A stretch of DNA of 64,000 nt, from positions 1-64,000 of the IMG/VR virus record IMGVR_UViG_3300027863_000020. One strand, written 5' to 3'. The notes under the pieces are model-generated. The model was not told where the DNA came from. It made no database searches and was given only the letters and a program-made list of their open reading frames with translations. Positions 1 through 8,412 of the stretch are shown here, piece by piece. The position numbers and the translations under genes were made by a program. Position 1 is the first letter of the stretch. Every line of letters starts with the position of its first letter. Source of the stretch: a virus.

Positions 1-349
1 CGTCATCCCGTGTCTTTCTCTTTGGGGGGACGGGAGGGGAACACTCTTCCAATGGCTTGACCTCGACAACCCATCGACCGATATTACCCGCACGGTCAAT
101 GACTTCCACATAAAGGTCTGGGAAGTAGCGGTGCTTCTGCATATCGGTCGGCTTGATATACTCCACCATCGTTTCGGGGAGTTCGGAACCCCACTTGACC
201 ACATTGGTATTGGTGTCCATAGCACGGAATAGGGTGGCTTCCCATTTGGAGCGGAATACAGGCGGTTTCCCGACTTTAGTGATATTGATACACTTGTCTG
301 GAAATAAGGGGTTATAGACCCCTTTCCGTGTGTTGTTGCCTATCGCCAT
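1..349 (-). CDS. gp4: head completion nuclease (T4 gp4-like), runs off window start
   Basis: Manual translation MAIGNNTRKGVYNPLFPDKC...FRSKWEA...KWGSE...HRYFPDLYVEV...VEVKP carries the gp4 motifs RSxWE, YFPD and EVKP. Confidence 0.85.
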   Translation of the reverse strand, partial: MAIGNNTRKGVYNPLFPDKCINITKVGKPPVFRSKWEATLFRAMDTNTNVVKWGSELPETMVEYIKPTDMQKHRYFPDLYVEVIDRAGNIGRWVVEVKPLEECSPPVPPKRKTRDD

Positions 350-355
350 ATCAGA

Positions 356-1396
356 TCAATGTCCCGTCAAGTTCCCAAAGTTGGGATTCTTCAGAATGTC
401 GTACCAAGATTGGAACCTTGTATCCGTGGTTCTGAAAAACCCATTCGTTATGTAGTAGTTATGCAAGTCTCTCACATTCTTCAAAATGTGGTTAGTTGTT
501 GAAATCTTGTCAATCTGATTGATAATTTCATCGGAAATTTCCTTGGGGATGAACCCGAAATCAACCAATTGACGGTTCAAGTCATACTTTTGACGGGCAT
601 CGCCAACCGACAGGAACTCATCCATCTTGCCCTTGTTGTAGTATTCCATTGCCTTGACTTCGCCATACCCCCTTCGGACATTCTTGATATTGTCGGAGGT
701 ATCGCCACAAATGATCTTGGTCTGCAAGGCATACTCTGGATCATTGCATGGAATGAAGTCTCTTTCCTGTGGATCGTATAGACGGCAATTCCCGTACTTG
801 AACAATTGAAGGTAATCACGATCACGGGACATGATGGTCACTAGCATGGATGGACGGTGCTTGGAAGCCCATTTCACGAATTCGGCAATGCAATCATCAC
901 CTTCGGCTCTTCGTACCTTCAACACCCTGATTGACGGTGCGAACTTGGTCAATGACTCAACGCACTCGTTTGAAGCATCAAAGAATCTGGTTTCCTGTTC
1001 GGGACTCCCGAACTTGTTTTCCATCTTGTTCGTCTTTGGATTGAACTTGGGCTTTCGGTTGGCCTTGTATTCTGGATAGATTCCCTTTCTCCACCCATCA
1101 CCGCCTTCCATCCCAAATATGACTCCATCATATCGGTTCTGGACAACAAGCTCGATCAGCTTGTTATGCCACATGGTCTTGAACCCATCCAGTACGATCA
1201 TATCCAACACCAACGGATCGTCAATCTTGGCTACGGCTTTGGCGAATTCTTCTTTCTGTGTTTCGGGATCAATGCGCTGTAATTGACGCTTCCATTCCCT
1301 CTGCTTCTCTTTGTATTTGTCTTCGGACAACTTTCTGGATGCGAAGTAGCAATACATCGCATAGTGGTTCGCATCAATCACAAGTGGCTTACGCAT
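356..1396 (-). CDS. rnh: RNase H / 5'-3' exonuclease (T4 rnh-like)
   Basis: Motifs VIDAN, WRKGIYPEYKANRK, AEGDD, SRDRDYLQL, GDTSDNI. Confidence 0.9.
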   Translation of the reverse strand: MRKPLVIDANHYAMYCYFASRKLSEDKYKEKQREWKRQLQRIDPETQKEEFAKAVAKIDDPLVLDMIVLDGFKTMWHNKLIELVVQNRYDGVIFGMEGGDGWRKGIYPEYKANRKPKFNPKTNKMENKFGSPEQETRFFDASNECVESLTKFAPSIRVLKVRRAEGDDCIAEFVKWASKHRPSMLVTIMSRDRDYLQLFKYGNCRLYDPQERDFIPCNDPEYALQTKIICGDTSDNIKNVRRGYGEVKAMEYYNKGKMDEFLSVGDARQKYDLNRQLVDFGFIPKEISDEIINQIDKISTTNHILKNVRDLHNYYITNGFFRTTDTRFQSWYDILKNPNFGNLTGH

Positions 1397-2223
1397 TATA
1401 CTTCCGCAATACGGAGAAATTCACGGTTGAGCACATTGACGGGATATGTCTTGGTTGTGCGATTGAGGATATGAATTACCCGCTCTGGCAAATCACGGAT
1501 AGCAACGAATCCCCACCGTGCAACAAGCTCTTGTTCAAGAAGTCGAGCAATCCACCAAGAATCTACCAGATCGGAGAATGGGGAGGTTTCGGTCACTGGC
1601 TTGACCTTCTTACCCGTCTTCTTCCGCTTCTCGTATTCTTCGATAAACTTGGACAGATCAAGGGTCGCAGTCTCAATTCCAGATCGACGCATCTTTTCGT
1701 ATGCTTCGTACATATCGGTCTTGGACGCATCACCACCCTTCGCATAGAGTTTGATCGTCAATGGTTCGGTCTCTCGGATATATACGGGGTGTTCATTGAA
1801 CACATTGAGAAGAGCCAAACGGAGAATGCCACCATATTCACCAATCGGATAAACCCGACCCATAGCACGGAGAGCGTAATCTTCGATTGAAATATAGATG
1901 GGTAGATTGCGCCCGATTTCTGGGTGGAACACGAAATTGCGAATGTCTCTTGCAATGTTCGAGAAACGCTTGAAGCGCAACTCTGGATTGGTCGGAGCAT
2001 CGAGCACCGCCCGACTTACCGTGAAATTGGGGTCATCCTTGAACATCTTGTACATCGCTTCCGTCTGTGGGAAGAAATAGTACCATGATTGAACATGGAT
2101 TCCATCTTTGGAAAACTTATGGATCGTGACCGCTGAAGAACTCATTGACGGATCAATCCCGACCACTAGGAAGTCGGTTGTAGGTCTTGCAAGGAAGAAA
2201 GATTCTTTTTCGTTTCTAGCCAT
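1396..2223 (-). CDS. RuvC-like Holliday junction resolvase
   Basis: VVGIDPSMSSSA, IEDY, IKLYAKGGDASKTDM, DLVDSWWI match the RNase H-fold RuvC catalytic pattern. Confidence 0.75.
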   Translation of the reverse strand: MARNEKESFFLARPTTDFLVVGIDPSMSSSAVTIHKFSKDGIHVQSWYYFFPQTEAMYKMFKDDPNFTVSRAVLDAPTNPELRFKRFSNIARDIRNFVFHPEIGRNLPIYISIEDYALRAMGRVYPIGEYGGILRLALLNVFNEHPVYIRETEPLTIKLYAKGGDASKTDMYEAYEKMRRSGIETATLDLSKFIEEYEKRKKTGKKVKPVTETSPFSDLVDSWWIARLLEQELVARWGFVAIRDLPERVIHILNRTTKTYPVNVLNREFLRIAEV

Positions 2224-3334
2224 TTCGATAGCCTCTTATGTATGGAACATCCAATGGGTTCCGTGAAAAGTATTTCGCAACATCATCGGTATTCCATTGA
2301 TTGACACCGACCAGTTTAACAACATCGTTCCAATCCAGTTTCACCTTCAATCCTTCGGAGCGAAGGTTGTTCATGTACTCGTTGAGAACTGGATAATCGG
2401 CAACGAATTTTCTCCAAAGAAAGACTTTCAATCCACTGGTCAATAATTGATGTGATTGGGTAGCCCCCGCTGAATCATTGTCCAATAGGAAATACAACGA
2501 TTCTCCATGATCCTTCACGATTGATTTGAATTCTTCACTGGAAGAACTAATCCCATTGAGTGCGAAGGAATTATCAAAAAACATCGAATCGAATGCGCCT
2601 TCCGTCACAACGACAGGTCTTGACCAGTCCACGAATTCGATATTGTAAAACTGTTTCTTCCCATACCGATTGAGGTACTTCGGTTCTTGCCCATCAATCG
2701 ACCGACCTTGAAAATACGATGGCTTGCCCGATTTACGGAAGAACGGAACTACGATTCGATCCTGATATTTTCCATCAATCGCAACAAAGAACTTGTCGTA
2801 GATGTGCTTCGGAAGTCTTCTCGTTTTGCAATACGCAATGGCCTTCTCCACATAATGACGCTCAATCGCACTATCTGGTGTTGCCGTCAATGGGATGAAG
2901 TATCGAGTCTGTTCCATCTCATACTTCAGTTTCTCTTTCAATTCTTCTTCGGCTTTGGCTCGTTGTTCTTCTTCCATCTTCTTCCAATTGAAGTCGGAGA
3001 AGTTCGCAGAGTTCATCGGGTTCTTCGATCCCGCCAATTCAGATTTGAAGTCATCGTATGCTTTCGGGTGAAACCGTTTCAGGTATCGTTGAATACCAAT
3101 TGCTTGATTGAATTCACATCCACCATTCTGGCATTTGTAATAAAACATCCACCCCGTAGTTTCGCTGTTCTTGAATACGAAGAACCCCCGCTTCTTTCCA
3201 CGGGATTGACGGCTATCGCCACAATGGGGGCAACGCAGATTGATGGTGTCAATCGTCTCGGAGAACCGTATTCCGTTGGAATGCAGTATCGAGACAAGAG
3301 TGCGCTTTGCTATGGAGACAATACGATAATCCAT
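2216..3334 (-). CDS. gp61: DNA primase (T4 gp61-like)
   Basis: N-terminal Zn ribbon RCPHCGDS...CQNGGC, RIVVPF, FQGRS, TOPRIM motifs VTEGAFDS and LDND. Confidence 0.92.
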   Translation of the reverse strand: MDYRIVSIAKRTLVSILHSNGIRFSETIDTINLRCPHCGDSRQSRGKKRGFFVFKNSETTGWMFYYKCQNGGCEFNQAIGIQRYLKRFHPKAYDDFKSELAGSKNPMNSANFSDFNWKKMEEEQRAKAEEELKEKLKYEMEQTRYFIPLTATPDSAIERHYVEKAIAYCKTRRLPKHIYDKFFVAIDGKYQDRIVVPFFRKSGKPSYFQGRSIDGQEPKYLNRYGKKQFYNIEFVDWSRPVVVTEGAFDSMFFDNSFALNGISSSSEEFKSIVKDHGESLYFLLDNDSAGATQSHQLLTSGLKVFLWRKFVADYPVLNEYMNNLRSEGLKVKLDWNDVVKLVGVNQWNTDDVAKYFSRNPLDVPYIRGYRNG

Positions 3335-3337
3335 TAA

Positions 3338-3406
3338 GAGCTAGAAGGGGAGTCGAACCCCCACACCCATCCCAAGGACAGGATGCTACCATTACATCAT
3401 CTAGCC
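3338..3406 (-). tRNA. atypical tRNA or tRNA-like element (possible Gln, TTG; short anticodon/variable region; no encoded CCA)
   Basis: Minus strand GGCTAGA-TG-ATGTAATGGTAGCAT-CCTGTCCTTGGGATGGG-TGT-GGGGGTTCGACTCCCCT-TCTAGCT-C: 7-bp acceptor stem, D-loop GG, canonical T-loop TTCGACT. Confidence 0.6.
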
Positions 3407-3431
3407 ACCAGTTGATCGGGAGGGGAACCGA

Positions 3432-4433
3432 TCAATCCTTGTCGAAGTCACCCCAAAAACCAGCATCCTTCTTCTGGTTCGCAGAAGGCTTCTTGTCGGC
3501 TTTCGGTGCGTCTGCCTTCGGTGCGTCTGCCTTCTTGGAGGAAGGGGCTTCCGTGGGCGTTTCGGATGCGCTAGAAGGCGCAGTTTCCTTGGTGGATGCT
3601 TCGGTAGTGGAAGCACCCGTTTCGGTGTCAGAAGAGCCATCATCGCTGAATTCGGAGCCATCGGACGCATTGGAAGACTCATCAACGACAGTGCGGGAAT
3701 CCACATAGTCGGACAGGTCTTTTCCAGTGGCCTTGCGAACGATGTCAAGGATGTCCTTGAGGGGCTTGATCTTGGACTTGGAATCGTCCAACAAGGGAGT
3801 CAGATCGTGTAGGCTCTTGTCGCAACGAATGGCATCTTCTTCCGTCATCGGGGACACGCCCTCGAATTTGGAATTGACATAGGTAGGCCATTCGCCCTTC
3901 TGGATTGCCTTGAACACGAAGTCAGCACCACCCATGTAGTCGAACACATTGATCGGTGCGACACCCGCATCCTTGTCGCCTTCGAGAGCCGAAGTGATGA
4001 TGGTGTTGATTTCCTTGGTGTAGCGGACGATCATCACCTTGCCAACGGTCTCTGGATTGGACTCGTTGCGCTTGATGAGCGCATTGGCAAAGTAGTTCTT
4101 CTGGGAGTTCATGGAAGAACCGATCTTCTTGGATTGTTCGTCTCCCTTCTCGAACAAGGCATTCACATAGGAACAGATCGGACAGGGTTGTCCCGCCATC
4201 TTCGGACAGGCGAGATTGATGTCACGCCCGTTGCGATCCTTGAACTTGTGCCACATGGTCTTCACGAACCCAACATCATTGTCGGGAGCGGGGAGAAAAC
4301 GCATGATTGCGGTGAAGGTTCCCTTGTCGCCCATCTTCCAAGTGAAGCGATTGGGGTCTTGGTCGAATCCACCCTTGCTCTTGTTGAGAGCGGACTGCAT
4401 ATTGACCTTTCCACGGAATTGGTATCCAGACAT
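3432..4433 (-). CDS. gp32: single-stranded DNA-binding protein (T4 gp32-like)
   Basis: AIMRFLPAP, H.FK, CP....GQPCPIC Zn site, YFANAL, GADFVFK, acidic C-terminal tail ending FWGDFDKD. Confidence 0.92.
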   Translation of the reverse strand: MSGYQFRGKVNMQSALNKSKGGFDQDPNRFTWKMGDKGTFTAIMRFLPAPDNDVGFVKTMWHKFKDRNGRDINLACPKMAGQPCPICSYVNALFEKGDEQSKKIGSSMNSQKNYFANALIKRNESNPETVGKVMIVRYTKEINTIITSALEGDKDAGVAPINVFDYMGGADFVFKAIQKGEWPTYVNSKFEGVSPMTEEDAIRCDKSLHDLTPLLDDSKSKIKPLKDILDIVRKATGKDLSDYVDSRTVVDESSNASDGSEFSDDGSSDTETGASTTEASTKETAPSSASETPTEAPSSKKADAPKADAPKADKKPSANQKKDAGFWGDFDKD

Positions 4434-4482
4434 ATTGTATCCTTTGGTATTTGGTTGTAAAAGTGCCTATGCACTGGTTGTA

Positions 4483-4511
4483 AATATGGGTTCCTATTCA
4501 ATTCTTGTCAA
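4483..4511 (-). promoter_or_regulatory. sigma70-type early/middle promoter for gp32
   Basis: TTGACA-N17-CATATT; the same motif recurs 9 times upstream of genes. Confidence 0.8.
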
Positions 4512-4513
4512 TT

Positions 4514-5122
4514 TCAATACCGAAGATGTTGAATAAATTTTCGGTATGTACTCTCGACCACCCCAACGGTCAATCCATTACCCCCGTCATTTTGCTTGTA
4601 CTTGAGGTATCCAGACAGGTAGAATCGTGGGGAGATCGAATTGGTTTCGAGCATTCGGAACATGATTGACGAAGCCCCACTGAAGCAATCGTAGTAGGTG
4701 GGCAAGATATTCCCATCCGTCCCGACTATCCCGTCCTTCACGAATCGGGTATGTGCTTTGTGAAAGGTCTGCTTGTCATTCTCGAACCGCTCATTGGTCA
4801 ATGATGATGCCAACCGACAGATTTCCTCATGCCCTGTGGGTAGGCGTTCAATCGCTATCGTCATGCCCGTGGCACATTGATGAATTAGGTAATTCCAGAA
4901 GTCGTTTGTGGTGTATGTCCCGCAAACGATGTTGTCCCGTATCCGACATATGATGTTTTGCCCATAGTCGGACACCTTCCGATACACGAATATCGGAGTA
5001 GGGCGCAATTCATTCGGATGTCGAAGCCCTATCTTCGATTTCTTGGAGGTAGCGTACCGTTTGATTTCAGCGATAATGGCATGAATGCCTAGTTCGTCAA
5101 TTTGTCGTTTAAGTTGTGCCAT
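4514..5122 (-). CDS. hypothetical protein, candidate gp59 helicase loader
   Basis: ORF of about 200 aa directly upstream of gp32, the T4 gp33-gp59-gp32 position; no clear motif recognised; start uncertain (5122 or 5167). Confidence 0.35.
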   Translation of the reverse strand: MAQLKRQIDELGIHAIIAEIKRYATSKKSKIGLRHPNELRPTPIFVYRKVSDYGQNIICRIRDNIVCGTYTTNDFWNYLIHQCATGMTIAIERLPTGHEEICRLASSLTNERFENDKQTFHKAHTRFVKDGIVGTDGNILPTYYDCFSGASSIMFRMLETNSISPRFYLSGYLKYKQNDGGNGLTVGVVESTYRKFIQHLRY

Positions 5123-5138
5123 ACAAGATACAATATAA

Positions 5139-5687
5139 TCAGAAATGAACGAAAGCGGTAGCCCCACCGACCGATGATCTTTTATGGAACCTCATCGCTA
5201 GTTCCAACTTGAGAAGGTCAAAGTTCTTCTCATTGAGAATCGAAGTGAACCGTCTCCAATCAAATTCACAATTCTTGATGATGACCGCCAAAATATCAAC
5301 GATTGTCAATGAGGTGTAATCGGCATTCTCTTCGATATAATCATTGAGGATTTCACATTGAGCAAAATCAAGTTCGCCCGTCTCTGGATTGGAGAGGGTA
5401 TCGAAATTGATCCCCCATCCAACCAGTTCGGATGCGATTTGGTCTGTGTCAATGTCGGTCATCAAAGAATCGCTGAAATTGACATCCCTGAATTTGGCAA
5501 TGTCGAGCTTGCTTGGCTCGAATATGATTTCTTCGTTGGGGTCAGGTCTCGGAGCCTTCTTGACGCTTTCTGGAATCTTGTCGGTCTTCGGAGAACCGAT
5601 GTAATCCTCATCAACACCAACAAGGAACAGGTCTGCCCCCTTTTTGGGAGGGGGTTCTTTCTTCGGTCTTTTAGTTTTAATAGGCAT
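5139..5687 (-). CDS. candidate late transcription co-activator gp33
   Basis: C-terminal helical segment IVDILAVIIKNCEFDWRRFTSILNEKNFDLLKLELAMRF resembles gp33; synteny with gp32. Confidence 0.45.
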   Translation of the reverse strand: MPIKTKRPKKEPPPKKGADLFLVGVDEDYIGSPKTDKIPESVKKAPRPDPNEEIIFEPSKLDIAKFRDVNFSDSLMTDIDTDQIASELVGWGINFDTLSNPETGELDFAQCEILNDYIEENADYTSLTIVDILAVIIKNCEFDWRRFTSILNEKNFDLLKLELAMRFHKRSSVGGATAFVHF

Positions 5688-5700
5688 CGTATCCCCTTAT

Positions 5701-7095
5701 TTAGACGGCAATGCCTTTGACCGAAGTTCGTCCACCACGCATTCCACCGACAGGCTTGGAACCCGATTTGACGGCATCCACGCCTTGTTGTGCTTTGTAA
5801 TGGTGCTCCCGTGACAATGCTTCTGATTTCTCGATGTCCCTCAATTGCATCTTGTCGAAATCCAACTCAACGACATTCTTCACATTCTTCTTGCCAAAAC
5901 GATTCTTGAGAGATTTCAGTGTGATGTGACCAAGAGCCAATTGTTCTTCAGTCGCCATCATGCCCCAAATAGCAGACACATTTTGAGCGATTGAGATACC
6001 TTCGGCAACGGCATCCATTCCAAAGTCTGCCTTGTCATATCCACCACGATTGACCTGTGCGGCTGTTAGGTGTGCGAAGTCATAGGCTTTGGCATAGGCA
6101 TTCAATTCAATTGACACCCATTTCATAAGCTCGTTGGAATTTGCGCCATTGAGCTTACGGGTCGGGGTGAACAATTGAAGGTAGTCAGTCACCACCACAT
6201 CGAACTTGATACCACGCCTTGCATAGTCCTTGAGAATCTTCTTGACGCAAAAAGTATTGGAACCGGGTACGACTTCTTCCACATAAAGATTGGATCGGCA
6301 TTCCTTACCAATGCCCGTTGTGATAGCTTCCCTCAATTGCTCCTTGCTCATTCGGAAAACATCTTCGTTGGATCGACCCAATGCAGATTGAACCAAACGG
6401 GTTCCCAAGTATCCCTTGGAGAGTTCCATCGTTATGTACAGGGTCTTTGCCCCACCCAATGCGGTGTTTGTGGCGATTGATCCCATTCCCGCTGTTTTAC
6501 CAAACCCTGCTTCTGCAAACAGGACTGTGGTATGCCCACGGGCAAGGCCACCCCGCATGAACGCATCCAACGCCTGAATGTTGGTACGCACGAAGTTGTG
6601 TTCTGCGTGCATTTCGTCCCAAAGCGCATCGGGATCATCGAAGACATTGAGACCTTTATCGACATTGAATTTGAACCCACGGGATGCTTCCACCTGATCG
6701 GATAGCTTCTCGACTTCATCGTCATCGGCTCCCGTTGATACGGCTTCGGCAAGAGCGTGTGCGGATTCTGCTAGTAGCTTCTGCTTGACATAGCTCTCAA
6801 TCCCATCTAGCAAATGGTCATCGGTGAATTCGGATACATCCAAAGCCATCGCCTTGGAGAACGATTCAAGAGCATCGTCATCGGAACCGATGAATAAAGA
6901 AACATCGGACTTGGTTGGGAAGTCCCCATATTCGGACACGAACTCCGCTATGCCTTTGGCTACTCGTTTGAGGCCATTGTCATAGAACCATTCTGCCGAA
7001 ATGATGGGGGCTATTGCAGAACGAACTTCCTCACGCTCATAGCATAGCTTGAGGATTGCCCGTTCCTGTACGAAAGGATCGGCAACATATTCCAC
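5701..7095 (-). CDS. gp41: replicative DnaB-like helicase (T4 gp41-like)
   Basis: Walker A AEAGFGKT, YITMEL, VVTDYLQL, TAAQVNRGG, LKNRFG. Confidence 0.92.
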   Translation of the reverse strand: MEYVADPFVQERAILKLCYEREEVRSAIAPIISAEWFYDNGLKRVAKGIAEFVSEYGDFPTKSDVSLFIGSDDDALESFSKAMALDVSEFTDDHLLDGIESYVKQKLLAESAHALAEAVSTGADDDEVEKLSDQVEASRGFKFNVDKGLNVFDDPDALWDEMHAEHNFVRTNIQALDAFMRGGLARGHTTVLFAEAGFGKTAGMGSIATNTALGGAKTLYITMELSKGYLGTRLVQSALGRSNEDVFRMSKEQLREAITTGIGKECRSNLYVEEVVPGSNTFCVKKILKDYARRGIKFDVVVTDYLQLFTPTRKLNGANSNELMKWVSIELNAYAKAYDFAHLTAAQVNRGGYDKADFGMDAVAEGISIAQNVSAIWGMMATEEQLALGHITLKSLKNRFGKKNVKNVVELDFDKMQLRDIEKSEALSREHHYKAQQGVDAVKSGSKPVGGMRGGRTSVKGIAV

Positions 7096-7104
7096 GGTTG
7101 CTCC

Positions 7105-8343
7105 TTATCCTTTGTAGTATTTGGCAAGACGGGCTTCAAAGTCGGACTTCTCGAAAACGATCTTCCAGAATTCATCGTTTCGGTCAATTCCAACTTCCAA
7201 GACCTCGCCAGTCTCCTTGTCAATTTTGTCATTGGCGGGACAGAATACGGGTTCACCCTCGTTCCCGAACTTGGTAGGATCGAACTTGTACTGCTTGCCA
7301 AGGTTTCCCCGATTGACACCCTCAATCACGCCAAGCATCATACCCAACTCATCGAATCCACCCCAACGAACCGGGCCACCATCCCAATACATATCGAACG
7401 GAATGGTCTTCTTCTCTTTCACAAAACGGGACTTGTCGGAGAAGATGACGAAGCGATAGCCAAGGTTTTCCTTGCCACGGGCGAAGGACAGAACGGCCTT
7501 GTCGGTATCATTGACTTCGGTACGGAACATCATCAACACATTGTCAGCCGCAAGCATACCACCGCCACCACCAGACAGGATTCGCTTGGAGTATTCTTCC
7601 AAGGTATCCAGTGAGCTTCCGATAACAACGAAGTGCATTTTCTTGATATTGAACTTGGGTGTCACAACACGGAAGAAGCTGTGGATTGCTTTGGCACGGG
7701 AACCCATGTCAGCGGTGTTCTTTCCTTGTTGTGCCTTATCTGCTTCGGCCTTGGAAGATGCTCTTCCGATTGAGTCCATGAACCAGAAAACTTCATCACC
7801 GATTTCAAAACCACCATCGGTCTTCCCCTTGTCATTCATCACACCATCGAGCCGTTGGGCAATATCGACCTTGGCATCTTCGATTGTGGAGAACGGAATA
7901 TGGAGAACTCTTGACAGATCAACCCCACAATTGATAAGGTATTGCTCATTGATACCGAATTCGTTGTTGTAGAGGAAGGCAATGCCCTTGGGATGATCCT
8001 TCTGCCACTTGGCAAGAGCAAGCAGACCAAGGATGGTCTTTGCGTGTTTGGACGGCCCGGCAATCAGGGTCACGCCATAGGACAGGCCACCATTGAGGGC
8101 ATTTCCAGAAAGGATCAAATTGAGACCGGGAAACCCTGTGTCTTGGAAAAAGTCCTTCTTGATGTAGTCATCCTGTTCGGCAATCGTGGCGGTGAGGGAG
8201 GTGGACATACCCAAGGCTTTCTGCATCAATGAGTTGTCACGGTCGGAGGTCTTGGATGCTTTGGTAGGGGATTCCTTGGCCTCTGTTTTCTTGGTGCGCT
8301 TTGTTTCGACAGGTGCGGGGGCTTCTTTCGGTTTTCTTGGCAT
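7105..8343 (-). CDS. uvsX: RecA-like recombinase UvsX
   Basis: LNLILSG, AGPSKHAKT, EFG, FMDSIG, ADMGSRAK, SGGGG, KSRFVKEK; start MPRKPK lies downstream of a promoter and RBS. Confidence 0.92.
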   Translation of the reverse strand: MPRKPKEAPAPVETKRTKKTEAKESPTKASKTSDRDNSLMQKALGMSTSLTATIAEQDDYIKKDFFQDTGFPGLNLILSGNALNGGLSYGVTLIAGPSKHAKTILGLLALAKWQKDHPKGIAFLYNNEFGINEQYLINCGVDLSRVLHIPFSTIEDAKVDIAQRLDGVMNDKGKTDGGFEIGDEVFWFMDSIGRASSKAEADKAQQGKNTADMGSRAKAIHSFFRVVTPKFNIKKMHFVVIGSSLDTLEEYSKRILSGGGGGMLAADNVLMMFRTEVNDTDKAVLSFARGKENLGYRFVIFSDKSRFVKEKKTIPFDMYWDGGPVRWGGFDELGMMLGVIEGVNRGNLGKQYKFDPTKFGNEGEPVFCPANDKIDKETGEVLEVGIDRNDEFWKIVFEKSDFEARLAKYYKG

Positions 8344-8371
8344 AATTGAGTTCTCCAAAGGGGTGTTTGTA

Positions 8372-8400
8372 AATATGGGTTTCCAACGAAACCCCGTCAA
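8372..8400 (-). promoter_or_regulatory. early/middle promoter for uvsX
   Basis: TTGACG-N17-CATATT. Confidence 0.8.
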
Positions 8401-8412
8401 TCTCTTCAAATC

